From the NCBI GenBank assembly GCA_041688145.1, contig JBDNIV010000017.1, positions 35,682 through 99,681 on the forward strand: DNA of 64,000 nucleotides, read 5' to 3'. Numbering within the stretch: the first letter of the stretch is position 1; each line of letters opens with the position of its first letter. The notes below the pieces were generated by a model that saw only the letters and a list, made by a program, of their open reading frames with translations, made no database searches and was not told where the DNA came from. Source of the DNA: Chlamydiia bacterium (GTDB lineage: Bacteria; Chlamydiota; Chlamydiia; Chlamydiales; JAAKFQ01). This document shows positions 38,658-48,260 of this stretch, in pieces. A program made the position numbers and the translations under genes.

Positions 38658-40196
38658 ATGGATAAAGCTTACAGCGCCTCAGATTCTTCCTTAGAAACGG
38701 TCGATTCTTTAGATGATAGCATCCTCTCTGTCTCAGCTCTTACCTTTCAAATAAAAAGTAAGCTTAGAGCTGCCTTTTCTCCCACATATGTCCAAGGTGA
38801 GATTAGTAACCTTAAAAAGCAGTCTTCTGGCCACTGGTACTTCTCTCTGAAAGATACAAGTGCTCAGCTATCATGTGCTTTATTTAAAGGCTCAGCCTCT
38901 AAACTCTCTTTTATCCCCAAAGAGGGTGATGAAGTTGTTGTTATGGGCAATATTGATGTTTATGCCCCTAGAGGCCAATACCAACTCATTGCCTCTTCTA
39001 TGAGGATTGCAGGCTTAGGTGCTCTATTGCAAAAACTCCAAAAGCTAAAAGAAGAGCTAAAAGCGCTTGGATATTTTGACTCCTCTCATAAAAAGCCCCT
39101 GCCCTCTTTTCCTCAAAAAATAGCTGTGATTACAAGTCCTACCGGCTCTGTTATACGCGATATCATCCATGTGCTAAAAAGAAGAGCGCTCGGCTTTCAC
39201 TTGATCGTCTCCCCTGTCTCAGTACAAGGTGAGCTGTGCCCGAGTGAAGTCTGCTTCGCTATTGAAGAGATTAATCGACATAAGCTTGCTGATGTCATCA
39301 TAGTTGCGCGCGGTGGCGGCTCTATTGAAGACTTATCGGGGTTTAACTCTAAAGTAGTTGCTGAAGCAATATTTAAGAGCCATATTCCTATTATATCCGC
39401 AATTGGTCATGAAACCGACACAACCATTGCAGACTGCGTAGCAGATAAAAGAGCGCCCACACCCTCAGCTGCTGCTGAAATTGTTTTAGAAGAAAGTACC
39501 AAACATCTAAAATTTTTAGAAAAAGCGCACTCTGAGCTTATGCGCTCTTTTAATCACAAGCTTTTGCACACACAAACTCTTTTTTCCCGCTACACACGCC
39601 ACCCTCTTTTGAATACAAGTGATCTTCTACTTGCTCCTTTTTTTCAAAAAACTGATCAAAAACGCCTAGATTTGAGCTTAGCAGCCCGAAGCTATACTGA
39701 AAAAAAAATGCATGCTTTACAAATGCACAAAGAGCGCCTAAAAGCACTTAGACCTAAAGCTCAAGTGCGCACTATTAGCGAGCGTCTTAGTCGTATGGGC
39801 CTCTCTATTCGAAAAAAGCCTCCTATGCTCACGCAAAAAGCGCACACTGATCTTAAGAAAATTCTTGAGCAATTACTACTTGCTGGCCATGAGCGTAAAA
39901 GCCGCTTGCGCCTTCAAACTCGCTCATTAGAAGAGCAGCAAAAAAATTTGCACCGCCTTTTTACCCAAAAGCTAGAAAAGCGACGCCTAAAATTAAAAGC
40001 CCTATGTGATCATTTAGAAGCCGTAGATCCTAGATCGGTTCTTAAAAAGGGGTATGCTCTAATCTTTTCACAAAAAGAGGGTTCTATTATCCTCTCGAAA
40101 GAGGCGCTCGTAAAAGAAGGAGCTGTTACTATCCGCATGCATGATGGTGAAGCTTTTGCACAAATCCTCGATAATCAACCTAAAAGCCGCACCTGA
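38658..40196 (+). CDS. xseA: exodeoxyribonuclease VII large subunit
   Basis: SGHWYFSLKD, ARGGGSIEDL, GHETD and PTPSAAAE motifs. Confidence 0.96.
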   Translation: MDKAYSASDSSLETVDSLDDSILSVSALTFQIKSKLRAAFSPTYVQGEISNLKKQSSGHWYFSLKDTSAQLSCALFKGSASKLSFIPKEGDEVVVMGNIDVYAPRGQYQLIASSMRIAGLGALLQKLQKLKEELKALGYFDSSHKKPLPSFPQKIAVITSPTGSVIRDIIHVLKRRALGFHLIVSPVSVQGELCPSEVCFAIEEINRHKLADVIIVARGGGSIEDLSGFNSKVVAEAIFKSHIPIISAIGHETDTTIADCVADKRAPTPSAAAEIVLEESTKHLKFLEKAHSELMRSFNHKLLHTQTLFSRYTRHPLLNTSDLLLAPFFQKTDQKRLDLSLAARSYTEKKMHALQMHKERLKALRPKAQVRTISERLSRMGLSIRKKPPMLTQKAHTDLKKILEQLLLAGHERKSRLRLQTRSLEEQQKNLHRLFTQKLEKRRLKLKALCDHLEAVDPRSVLKKGYALIFSQKEGSIILSKEALVKEGAVTIRMHDGEAFAQILDNQPKSRT

Positions 40197-40211
40197 AAGG
40201 AAATATGATCT

Positions 40212-40460
40212 ATGAATAAGAAAGCGCTTAAATTTGACGAGGCCTTTGAAAGGCTTGAAGCAATACTCGAAAAAATGAACCACTCCGGTGTAGAGCTTGA
40301 AGAAGCGATTCATCTGTATGAAGAAGCTGATACTCTAATTGGCACCTGCTCAGAAAAACTAAAATCAGCTGAACAAAAGATAGATCAGCTTGTTAAAAAA
40401 CGTGAAGGTGACTTGGATAAAGCACCTCAAATGGTCCCCTTTGAGACTGAAGAACTATAA
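40212..40460 (+). CDS. xseB: exodeoxyribonuclease VII small subunit
   Basis: FDEAFERLEAIL..M...LEEAI.LYEE motif. Confidence 0.93.
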   Translation: MNKKALKFDEAFERLEAILEKMNHSGVELEEAIHLYEEADTLIGTCSEKLKSAEQKIDQLVKKREGDLDKAPQMVPFETEEL

Positions 40461-40463
40461 TCT

Positions 40464-41288
40464 ATGAAATTTATACTCTTTTCCAACTCACAAAAGCCCG
40501 ATGCCTTAAAAATCTCTGAAGAGATCAAATACTTCTTAGAAGGCAAGGGCCATTCAGTAATCACCGAAGACCGTAACCACCCTCTGCATGACTCTCCAGG
40601 TGATATTGATTTTTGCCTTTCCGTGGGAGGGGATGGCACTATTTTAGAGTTCTTCCATAGATACCCTGCTATTGAAGCGCCTCTTTTAGGTATTAACAGA
40701 GGCAACCTCGGCTTTATGGCTGATATTCCCCTTGATGACCTCTACCCCAGCTTAGAAGCTCTTTTAAAAGGCGCCTATACTATTGATGACCATCTAATGC
40801 TAGAATACAACTCTCGCAATGGAGACTCGCCCTATGCCGTTAATGACATTGTGATTCATAGAGGATCTTGTACAAACCTTATCGAACTCAAAATCCACGT
40901 TGATGGGAAGTACTTTAACACCTTCCGAGCTGATGGTGTTATCTTGTCTACGCCGACTGGCTCAACTGCTTACTCTTTAGCTGCTGGAGGACCACTGCTA
41001 AGCCAAGGCTTAAAAGCTATGGTACTCACCCCTATATCTCCTCACACTATCTCTAACCGCCCGATTGTCTTCTTACCTAAAAATGAGTTGCACATCGAAT
41101 ATATCTCTTCATTCGAAGGTGTTGAAGTAAGCAAAGACGGCATGAAACAGTTCGCGCTAAAGCCTAAGGAGTCGCTGACTATAAAGCCATCCCAAAGAAC
41201 ATTCAAAATAGTGAATCTAGAAAGGCGCGATGAGTACCTAACACTACGCACTAAGCTCGGCTGGTCAGGAACGCTTTCTAAGACCTAG
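40464..41288 (+). CDS. nadK: NAD kinase
   Basis: GGDGT, GNLGF, ND and STPTGSTAYSLAAGGP motifs. Confidence 0.95.
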   Translation: MKFILFSNSQKPDALKISEEIKYFLEGKGHSVITEDRNHPLHDSPGDIDFCLSVGGDGTILEFFHRYPAIEAPLLGINRGNLGFMADIPLDDLYPSLEALLKGAYTIDDHLMLEYNSRNGDSPYAVNDIVIHRGSCTNLIELKIHVDGKYFNTFRADGVILSTPTGSTAYSLAAGGPLLSQGLKAMVLTPISPHTISNRPIVFLPKNELHIEYISSFEGVEVSKDGMKQFALKPKESLTIKPSQRTFKIVNLERRDEYLTLRTKLGWSGTLSKT

Positions 41289-42445
41289 CTGAAAGATAAA
41301 GAACTGTTCATTAGTTCCTCGCTAAGTTCTCCCTTTTTGCCTTCATAAACAGCTAATCTTGCAGCTTGCGCCTGAACTTCAGCTTCTGTAACAGCTCCTT
41401 CTGGAAGCGCATTTCTTGCTGCTATCACTTCCTTAAGAGCTTGCTCTGCTGCTGCTATTTCTGCCACTACATCTGTGAGTAACGGGCTATCTTCTTCGGC
41501 TTCTTGTATCCTGGCATCTAATGGCGTATCTAACTGCTGCCATGCATTGACTAAGCTCCTATACGCTATCTCTCGTAGCGTGCCCTCAAGCTCTATCTTC
41601 TTCTCTGCATAAACAGCTAATCTTGCCTCTAGCCCTTCAGCTTCTATAACAGCTCCTTCTGGAAGCGCATTTCTTGCTTCTATCACTTCCTCAAGAGCTT
41701 GCTTTGCTCCTGCTATTTCTGCCACTAGATCTGTGAGTAACTGGCGATCTTCTTGTCCTAAGGCTTCTTGTATCCTGGCATCTAGTGGAGCATCTAAATG
41801 CTTCCATGCATTGACTAAGCCGCTATAGTGTATCGTAGCTAGCTTGCCTTCAAGTTCTGCCTTTTTCTCTGTATAAAGAGCTAATCTTGCAGCTTGCTCC
41901 TGAACTTCAGCTTCTACAACAGTCCCTTGTGTAAGCACATTTCTTGCTTCTATCACTTCCTCAAGAGCTTGCTTTGCTGCTGCTATTTCTACAACTACAG
42001 CTGTGAATAACGGGCTATCTTGCTGTTCTAAGGCTTCTTGTATCCTACCATCTAATGGATTATCTAACTGCTCCCATGCATCAGCTAATTTTTTGTACGC
42101 TTTAACTTCAGAGCTTTCAATTTTACCAGCACCGTAAATAGCTCCTCCTACTAAAATCGCTTGTGCAACAAATGCCACAGCACTCCATGACTTAGGAACA
42201 AGAATACTAAACCCATGCTCTAACGCATATTTTGCACCATAGTTCATAGCCGCTGTGCCAATTAGCGTATAAAGTGCAGAAGTTGCTAAGAAAATACCTT
42301 GAGCTCTGCCCAATGTAGCCTGGCCGACTGTGATTGAAGGAGTCACTTTTCTAGTGACGAAATGCCCAACTGCGGCTTGAAAAGCTCCACCTGCTAGCAT
42401 TAACGCTGGAAAAGCTAAATTTTTTGGTATTTGAAAGTTTGACAT
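41285..42445 (-). CDS. hypothetical membrane-anchored protein with three ~88-90-aa tandem repeats
   Basis: Hydrophobic N-terminal region followed by three helical repeats; its stop overlaps the nadK stop in a shared CTAG. Confidence 0.8.
   Translation of the reverse strand: MSNFQIPKNLAFPALMLAGGAFQAAVGHFVTRKVTPSITVGQATLGRAQGIFLATSALYTLIGTAAMNYGAKYALEHGFSILVPKSWSAVAFVAQAILVGGAIYGAGKIESSEVKAYKKLADAWEQLDNPLDGRIQEALEQQDSPLFTAVVVEIAAAKQALEEVIEARNVLTQGTVVEAEVQEQAARLALYTEKKAELEGKLATIHYSGLVNAWKHLDAPLDARIQEALGQEDRQLLTDLVAEIAGAKQALEEVIEARNALPEGAVIEAEGLEARLAVYAEKKIELEGTLREIAYRSLVNAWQQLDTPLDARIQEAEEDSPLLTDVVAEIAAAEQALKEVIAARNALPEGAVTEAEVQAQAARLAVYEGKKGELSEELMNSSLSFS
41310..42097 (-). repeat. three intragenic tandem repeats (periods 270 and 264 bp)
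   Basis: Units start at Tyr codons at 42097, 41827 and 41563; core AW..LD.PLD.RIQEA...EIA.A.QAL.EVI.ARN.L. Confidence 0.92.
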
Positions 42446-42811
42446 AGTTAAATCCTGTGTTTTTATTATATCTTTTTATATTGCTCAAAGCCTCTAGATT
42501 CTCTAATCTTAACTCAATTTCAGAGGCAAAATAATCAACTAATTCATTCTATTTAAAATGAATAAAAGGGTTAGTTTAATACAAGAAGTAATTAAATACA
42601 ATCTTATAAAAATTTTGAAAACACCAAAAAATTAAGAAGTCTCATAAAAGAGTTAGCCTAAGATAGGCTCGTCACAACAGGGCTCCAAAAAAGAGTAAAC
42701 CTAACGCGAATAGATGATAAAAATAAAATTGATTCCAAAAGACATATCTTAAAAATCGCTCACTAAAATAGTGAAGCCCCAATATTTACACGCAATAGTC
42801 CAAACACAAAG

Positions 42812-44167
42812 CTACTTAGTCTTTTGCTTCCAAAAGTCTTGAATCTCTTCTAAGCTTTTTCCCTTAGTCTCAGGGACTTTGCGCACAATAAAGAGCCAGC
42901 CAATCATGCCTATTACAGCATAAAGCCAAAAAGTACCTGATTTTCCAAAGATACTTAAGAAGGTTAAGAAACTAGATGTGACTAAAAAGTTTGCAAACCA
43001 GTTCATACAGATCGCAAGACCCATCGCTCTTCCACGGACTTTTAAAGGGTAAATCTCAGAATTTAGCAAAAAGCCAACAGGCCCCAAGCTAAAGGCAAAA
43101 AAGCCAACATACATCATAAGACTCAGTGAAGATATGAATCCTTGAAGATCTGCCATGTTAGGTAAAATAAAGCTTAAGCCTAGCATAAATAGAGAGAAAA
43201 TCATCCCTCCAAGGCCTATGAGAAGCAGTGGCTTTCTCCCTACACGGTCAAGGAGCCAAATAGCTACAAACGTCATAAATACATTGACTACCCCAACACC
43301 TGTTGTTGCTAAGATAGCAGATGCAGCAGACTCAAATCCTGAAAACTCAAAGATAGTCGGTGCATAATAAAGTACGCAGTTAATACCTGTAATCTGTTGA
43401 ATCACGGTAACTCCTACCCCTACAAGTAGAGCTTTTCTAACAGGGCGTGCAAAAAGATCTTTGAATGAGCCGCCTTCATGAGAAATGTTCTTCTTAATAT
43501 GATCAATCTCTTTCGTTACATCAGAGGCGCAATCACGCACGCGCATTAAAATAGCATGAGCCTCACTCCCTCGATCTTTCTTAAGGAGCCACCTAGGGCT
43601 CTCGGGTAAAAAGAGCATGCCTACAAACTGAATAGCTGCAGGAACAGCAGCTAAGGCAAACATGGTTCTCCAGCTCCCTGTACTAGCAAAAACAGCCCCT
43701 ATAAAAAAAGCGAGCAAAATACCAATTGTAATTGCGAGCTGGTTAATAGTCACAAGGGCTCCTCTATGCTCTCTTGAAGAAAGCTCTGCAATATATAAAG
43801 GCGCTGTCGTAGAAGATATACCAATAGCAACCCCTACAACAAAGCGTCCAATCACAAGCTCTTCTACCGTTCCAGACATCGCCAAAGCTACAGCACTCAG
43901 TACAAAAAGAAGACTCGAAGCAAGCACAATCTTTTTACGCCCAAAGTAATCGCAAAGAGGCCCAGCTAATGCTGCTCCTAAAACCGCCCCTATAGAGATT
44001 ACTCCAATAACTAGCTCTGTTTGCCTTGACGTAAGCAAAAACTCTTTTCTAATAAATAAAATAGCTCCTGAGATTACCCCTGTATCATAACCAAATAAGA
44101 GGCCTCCAATAGCCGCAAAAAGAGTTGATACATAAATGAATGGATGGGCTTTTGTCTTTTTTTCCAT
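42812..44167 (-). CDS. sugar porter family MFS transporter (GalP/GlcP-like)
   Basis: LFGYDTGVISGA, PESPRWL, QQITGIN..LYYAP and PETKGKSLEEI motifs. Confidence 0.95.
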   Translation of the reverse strand: MEKKTKAHPFIYVSTLFAAIGGLLFGYDTGVISGAILFIRKEFLLTSRQTELVIGVISIGAVLGAALAGPLCDYFGRKKIVLASSLLFVLSAVALAMSGTVEELVIGRFVVGVAIGISSTTAPLYIAELSSREHRGALVTINQLAITIGILLAFFIGAVFASTGSWRTMFALAAVPAAIQFVGMLFLPESPRWLLKKDRGSEAHAILMRVRDCASDVTKEIDHIKKNISHEGGSFKDLFARPVRKALLVGVGVTVIQQITGINCVLYYAPTIFEFSGFESAASAILATTGVGVVNVFMTFVAIWLLDRVGRKPLLLIGLGGMIFSLFMLGLSFILPNMADLQGFISSLSLMMYVGFFAFSLGPVGFLLNSEIYPLKVRGRAMGLAICMNWFANFLVTSSFLTFLSIFGKSGTFWLYAVIGMIGWLFIVRKVPETKGKSLEEIQDFWKQKTK

Positions 44168-44175
44168 GCTGAGTC

Positions 44176-45135
44176 CTATTTTATGTTTGCTTTTGCCACT
44201 GCAATGGCACTAAGTGCACTAATCTTACCTTCTAAAGCGCTTGGCTCAATAATGCAAGCATCTCTCGCTTCTGACCACGCTTTTCCTTTAAGCTCTTTCA
44301 AAAGAGGCTCCATTAAAAACTCTTTTGCATGAATGGCAATTGTCCCTAAAATAATTGCCTCCGGATTAAGGGTCATTATAACAGTGCCAATTCCTTGAGC
44401 GAGCCTCTCTACAAATTCATCCCATATTTTTAGCGCAAAACTATCTTTGTTTTTAGCCGCTGCAATAATGACTTCCATATCAATCTCATCAATAGCAAGA
44501 CCACTATCCGTCATGCATGTTTTTATGTTTTTTTGACGGATCTCTTCTTGGGCTCTTTGAGCCACTGCGAGTCCCCCGCAGTACACTTCAAAACATCCCT
44601 TTTGCCCACAGGCGCACATTGGCCCATCAATATCAAGTACATAGTGCCCGACCTCGCCTGCTGTGTCTGTTGCGCCTTGAATGAGCTTGCCATCTTCAAT
44701 AATCCCAGCGCCCATTCCAGTGCTCGCTGTAAGATAGATAAGGTTTTTCACACCTTTTCTTGCTCCAAAGTGATACTCAGCAAGAGCTGCTGCATTTGCA
44801 TCGTTATTTAGAAATGTTGGTCTTTTAAACCTCTTTGTAAATTCCTCAACAATAGGAGTGTTTTCCCATCCCTTGAGATTAGGAGGATTTACAATCAGAC
44901 CCTTTTTTGAATTGATGGGACCTGGGCATGAAATGCCAATGGCTTCGATATCGTCTAAACAAAGGTCTTTTTCTTTAAGCTGAGCTTGGAAAATAGACTC
45001 AATATTTTCGAGCTCTACTTCAAAGCCCTCTTCAGGGCTTGTAGAAAAGCGCTTTTGTAAAAGGATCTTTCCATCCAAGGTTGCAAGACAGACATTAGTC
45101 TTCGTGCCTCCTATATCTACACCGAGTATATACAT
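44176..45135 (-). CDS. ROK family sugar kinase (glucokinase-like)
   Basis: DIGGTK, NDANAAALAE, GEVGH and CACGQKGCFE motifs. Confidence 0.92.
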   Translation of the reverse strand: MYILGVDIGGTKTNVCLATLDGKILLQKRFSTSPEEGFEVELENIESIFQAQLKEKDLCLDDIEAIGISCPGPINSKKGLIVNPPNLKGWENTPIVEEFTKRFKRPTFLNNDANAAALAEYHFGARKGVKNLIYLTASTGMGAGIIEDGKLIQGATDTAGEVGHYVLDIDGPMCACGQKGCFEVYCGGLAVAQRAQEEIRQKNIKTCMTDSGLAIDEIDMEVIIAAAKNKDSFALKIWDEFVERLAQGIGTVIMTLNPEAIILGTIAIHAKEFLMEPLLKELKGKAWSEARDACIIEPSALEGKISALSAIAVAKANIK

Positions 45136-45180
45136 AATTTAAGATGTAGCAGGATGTAAATTTCTTGAGCAAGGAAATAG

Positions 45181-46077
45181 CTACTTTGCAATCTCACAAA
45201 AACGTCTTAAGCACTTACTAACTGATATGAAATGCTTCCAATACTTACCCTGAAGGTAAGGTCCTAAAAGAGGAACTGTTGAATATAGAATAGCTCTTGG
45301 ATTGTTAGAAGGTGCCCATCTAGCCCCGAGCCTGTTTCTTGCACACAAAGTAAGTGTTGGCGCAGATAAAAGCGCTGCTAAGTGCCCAGGCCCTGAATCA
45401 TTACCAATAAAAGCTCCTGACTCATAAAGGAACTTTGCGAGATCCATAAGACTATCAAACGCTTTAACCTCACAAATCGCTTTTGCTTCTTCCCACTCTT
45501 TCAAGTCCCCCTGTGAGACAATAAAAACAGGAGTAAAGCCTTTTTTCTTGAGACGCTTTGCGAGCTTCAAAAATCTGCGCTTGGACCAATTGCGAAAAGC
45601 CTCTCCACTCATAGGGTGGATGACTACTCTCTTAGAGGATAAAGCCTTTTTCCACCCTTTAGGAATTTTGAAGCTATTTTCTTTATAGGTATGCCTGCAG
45701 TCTAAAAGATCTGAGCTGAGCTCTTCATAGATTTTTCGCATTGGTTTTTTTTCATGAAAGCGAGGATCTTCCCGAAATACTAACCGCTTTTGCCCTTTAG
45801 CTAAGGGAAAGCCGCAATCATCTTCTTGCTGAGGGTAGACTAAAATATCAAAAGAAGAAAAGGCCCCTTTAGCCTCTTTCAGAGAAGGAAAAGGCTTTAT
45901 GTCAGTCTTCGGAAATAGAGCTTTTAAACCCTCTATAGCATTGCCAAAGACAGTGACCCTATAGCCATTTTCCACGAGGCGATCTCTAAGAGACATCGCA
46001 ATAATGCCATCGCCAAGCTTATTGCCGACGATAAGAGCGAGGCTGCATCTTTGAGCAGGCATTAATTTTTTCTGCAT
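45181..46077 (-). CDS. glycosyltransferase family 9 (heptosyltransferase-like)
   Basis: LGDGI, HP....RNW and FIGNDSGPGHLAA motifs. Confidence 0.88.
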   Translation of the reverse strand: MQKKLMPAQRCSLALIVGNKLGDGIIAMSLRDRLVENGYRVTVFGNAIEGLKALFPKTDIKPFPSLKEAKGAFSSFDILVYPQQEDDCGFPLAKGQKRLVFREDPRFHEKKPMRKIYEELSSDLLDCRHTYKENSFKIPKGWKKALSSKRVVIHPMSGEAFRNWSKRRFLKLAKRLKKKGFTPVFIVSQGDLKEWEEAKAICEVKAFDSLMDLAKFLYESGAFIGNDSGPGHLAALLSAPTLTLCARNRLGARWAPSNNPRAILYSTVPLLGPYLQGKYWKHFISVSKCLRRFCEIAK

Positions 46078-46089
46078 ACAAGAATAGGA

Positions 46090-46872
46090 TCATTGACCTT
46101 CTGCTTTTGCTTTCACAGAGCTCACAAGGTCTTCTAGTTCACTGATCATACCTATAGCATTTTGCTCTTTACCCACCGGATAAGTTCGTACCTCTGCCTT
46201 AAATTCCCCAGATTGATCCAATGTAAAATCTAGGGTGTAATTGTCCACTGGACCTTGACGGCGAGGGCTAGCATTAGAAGCTATTGGTGTTGAACTTTGT
46301 GTTGATACTGTAATCTGAAAAGAACGTACTAAATCCTTAGTGCCCTCTTCAGGAAGGATAGTGGAAATCTCGCAACTACAACCCTCATCTGTAAAAAATT
46401 TCTCTAGGGCGCCTTGAAGAGCATCTATTGTCAATACTTCATCCATAGCTGGAGAATACTTTTCAACTTTTGATTTATAGGCCGCTGCTTTCTCAGCTTC
46501 TGTTTGCTCTGTTTCTAAAACCTGTAAGTGATTTTTCTGATAAGCATTATAGGTAAATACAGCTCCAATAGCCACTAGAGCAACACCTAGAACTCGTATA
46601 GACAAAAGATGATTGCCTGCAAATGCTGTAAATTTATTAGCTAGAGATGCACTGTCAACTGGCTCTCCGAGTGCATGAATAGTAGATTTACTTATCACCC
46701 AGCCAATAAAGTCTACGGTATGCTTAGGAAAAGCAGCTGTAGCTAAAGGAACAAGGTATCTAACCCCTTGCCAAATGCTTCTAGGTAAAATAGATGTTAA
46801 GACACCCGGCTTGCTAGGCTCTAAAGGGGGGGTTGGCCTTGATATCGTTGCATTTGATGCTCGTGTTGCCAT
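46090..46872 (-). CDS. hypothetical membrane-anchored effector-like protein (paralogue A)
   Basis: Shares an ~80-aa domain with 47255..48124; TTGTTT-18-TAGGAT upstream. Confidence 0.75.
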   Translation of the reverse strand: MATRASNATISRPTPPLEPSKPGVLTSILPRSIWQGVRYLVPLATAAFPKHTVDFIGWVISKSTIHALGEPVDSASLANKFTAFAGNHLLSIRVLGVALVAIGAVFTYNAYQKNHLQVLETEQTEAEKAAAYKSKVEKYSPAMDEVLTIDALQGALEKFFTDEGCSCEISTILPEEGTKDLVRSFQITVSTQSSTPIASNASPRRQGPVDNYTLDFTLDQSGEFKAEVRTYPVGKEQNAIGMISELEDLVSSVKAKAEGQ

Positions 46873-46965
46873 AATAATCTCTCTCTTAGTTGTTTTCTAA
46901 AGGAGCTATCCTACCATAAATTAAATCTTATAAACAAGAGTAGAAAATGGATTATACAAATTTGG

Positions 46966-47032
46966 CTAAATCTTCAGAAAAACCCGCATGAGACTTGAGG
47001 AGAGTTTAATAGAGTAACGCAGTGAGCTTTTA
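46966..47032 (-). repeat. second copy of the holB 3' end (direct repeat of 48261..48327)
   Basis: 55/67 nt identical; encodes KSSLRYSIKLSSSLMRVFLKI* versus holB KSSLRYSIKLSSSLMRLFLKI*. Confidence 0.93.
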
Positions 47033-47254
47033 AGGCTTAATAAGAGCCGCTAAGTCATTTTCTCAGCAAGCCTGTCTTGTAAAGACATAGCAATAGTCCT
47101 ATCAATAAGCTTTTGGCCAACAATGGGAACAAGTTTAGAAGGCTCAGACTATACAGTTTTTTTGGCATAGATAAAAGCGTCATAATCTAAATAAGAATGT
47201 CAGGCCGTTATATAACTCAAGGTAGTTTTAGACCTGGAGACTCTAATTAGATTT

Positions 47255-48124
47255 TTATTCAGGAAATAAAAATTCCTCTATCCGCGTTGCAAGGTGCTTT
47301 TTCATTAATTCATGACCGCTGTATCCACCAGAAATCATCGTCATCACAAATTCCGCGGGCTTCGTGGTTTTATCAGTATTAACAAAGACGCCTACTGGGC
47401 CTTTAAACATGTCTGATTTATCTGGGCCTTTAAACCTGTCCGATTCATCTGGGTCTCTAAGTATGCATTGAAATGTTAAAGGGTCGTAGTGCTTTCCGTA
47501 GAAACTTGCTTCAATTTTGACGTATAAATATTCTCCCTTAACCCATGTAGTGCAAACTGTTGCTATCTTGGAATGTGTATACCAGCGTTTAACAAACGGC
47601 GTTGCGGCCCATATCTCCTTGCTATTTTTAAAATCCTGGGTGATTGTAGCAAATAACTTATCTAATAAATCGGGCTCTGCTTTTAGCCTTTTAAGGACCT
47701 TTTTATGTTTTATGGGCTCTAATTCCAAAGCGTTTATAAGGACCTCTTTATTTTTTAAGGGGTCTGCTTGCAAAGCGTTTATTAAGTTAGCTTGCTTAGA
47801 TGGCTCATCTAATTTTTGCTGACAAGACCTGTGGATCATTGCCACAGCTAAAGCTAACAAAGCTACACCTACGATGCGCACCGCTAGAAGGTGGTTAGCT
47901 GCAAATGCTCTAAATCTTTTTGCCAAAGCTGCAGTATCATACCGCTCACCAGCTACGTGGATAGTCGAAGCACTAATCATCCAGCCTATAAAGGCTACAG
48001 CTTGTTTGGGGAAAGTTGCTATAGCTGCAGATACTAGATAGCTAGCGCCTTGCCAGGCATTTCTAGGTAAAATAGAACTTATAAAATTAGGAGCTTGGGG
48101 GGTTGTATTTCTGCGAGGCGCCAT
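47255..48124 (-). CDS. hypothetical membrane-anchored effector-like protein (paralogue B)
   Basis: SILPR..WQG..YLV..A.A.FPK..V.FIGW.IS.STIH domain plus TM; C-terminus unrelated to paralogue A. Confidence 0.75.
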   Translation of the reverse strand: MAPRRNTTPQAPNFISSILPRNAWQGASYLVSAAIATFPKQAVAFIGWMISASTIHVAGERYDTAALAKRFRAFAANHLLAVRIVGVALLALAVAMIHRSCQQKLDEPSKQANLINALQADPLKNKEVLINALELEPIKHKKVLKRLKAEPDLLDKLFATITQDFKNSKEIWAATPFVKRWYTHSKIATVCTTWVKGEYLYVKIEASFYGKHYDPLTFQCILRDPDESDRFKGPDKSDMFKGPVGVFVNTDKTTKPAEFVMTMISGGYSGHELMKKHLATRIEEFLFPE

Positions 48125-48260
48125 AGCATCCCGGTTTAAAACAGGTAAAGATGGGCGAACAGGGTTAGAAGAGATGGCTAATCTCTTTTTTAGTTAATAA
48201 AGTGAGTATTTTATCACATTAAAACATTTCCAAGAAACCTAAAAAATTTTCTAACTATAG

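Noticed and set aside
41310..42097. Repeats considered as a CRISPR array or mobile element
   Set aside because: They are in-frame coding repeats of ~270 bp with no spacer structure and no cas or transposase genes.
42725..42752. Weak resemblance to the sugar-porter 3' end (FWxQ), as a second tail duplication
   Set aside because: Too short and gapped to distinguish from chance.
47033..47254. Further holB remnant upstream of the duplicated tail (an LFPL match near 47122-47133)
   Set aside because: Only a 4-residue match with inconsistent spacing; not supportable without an alignment.
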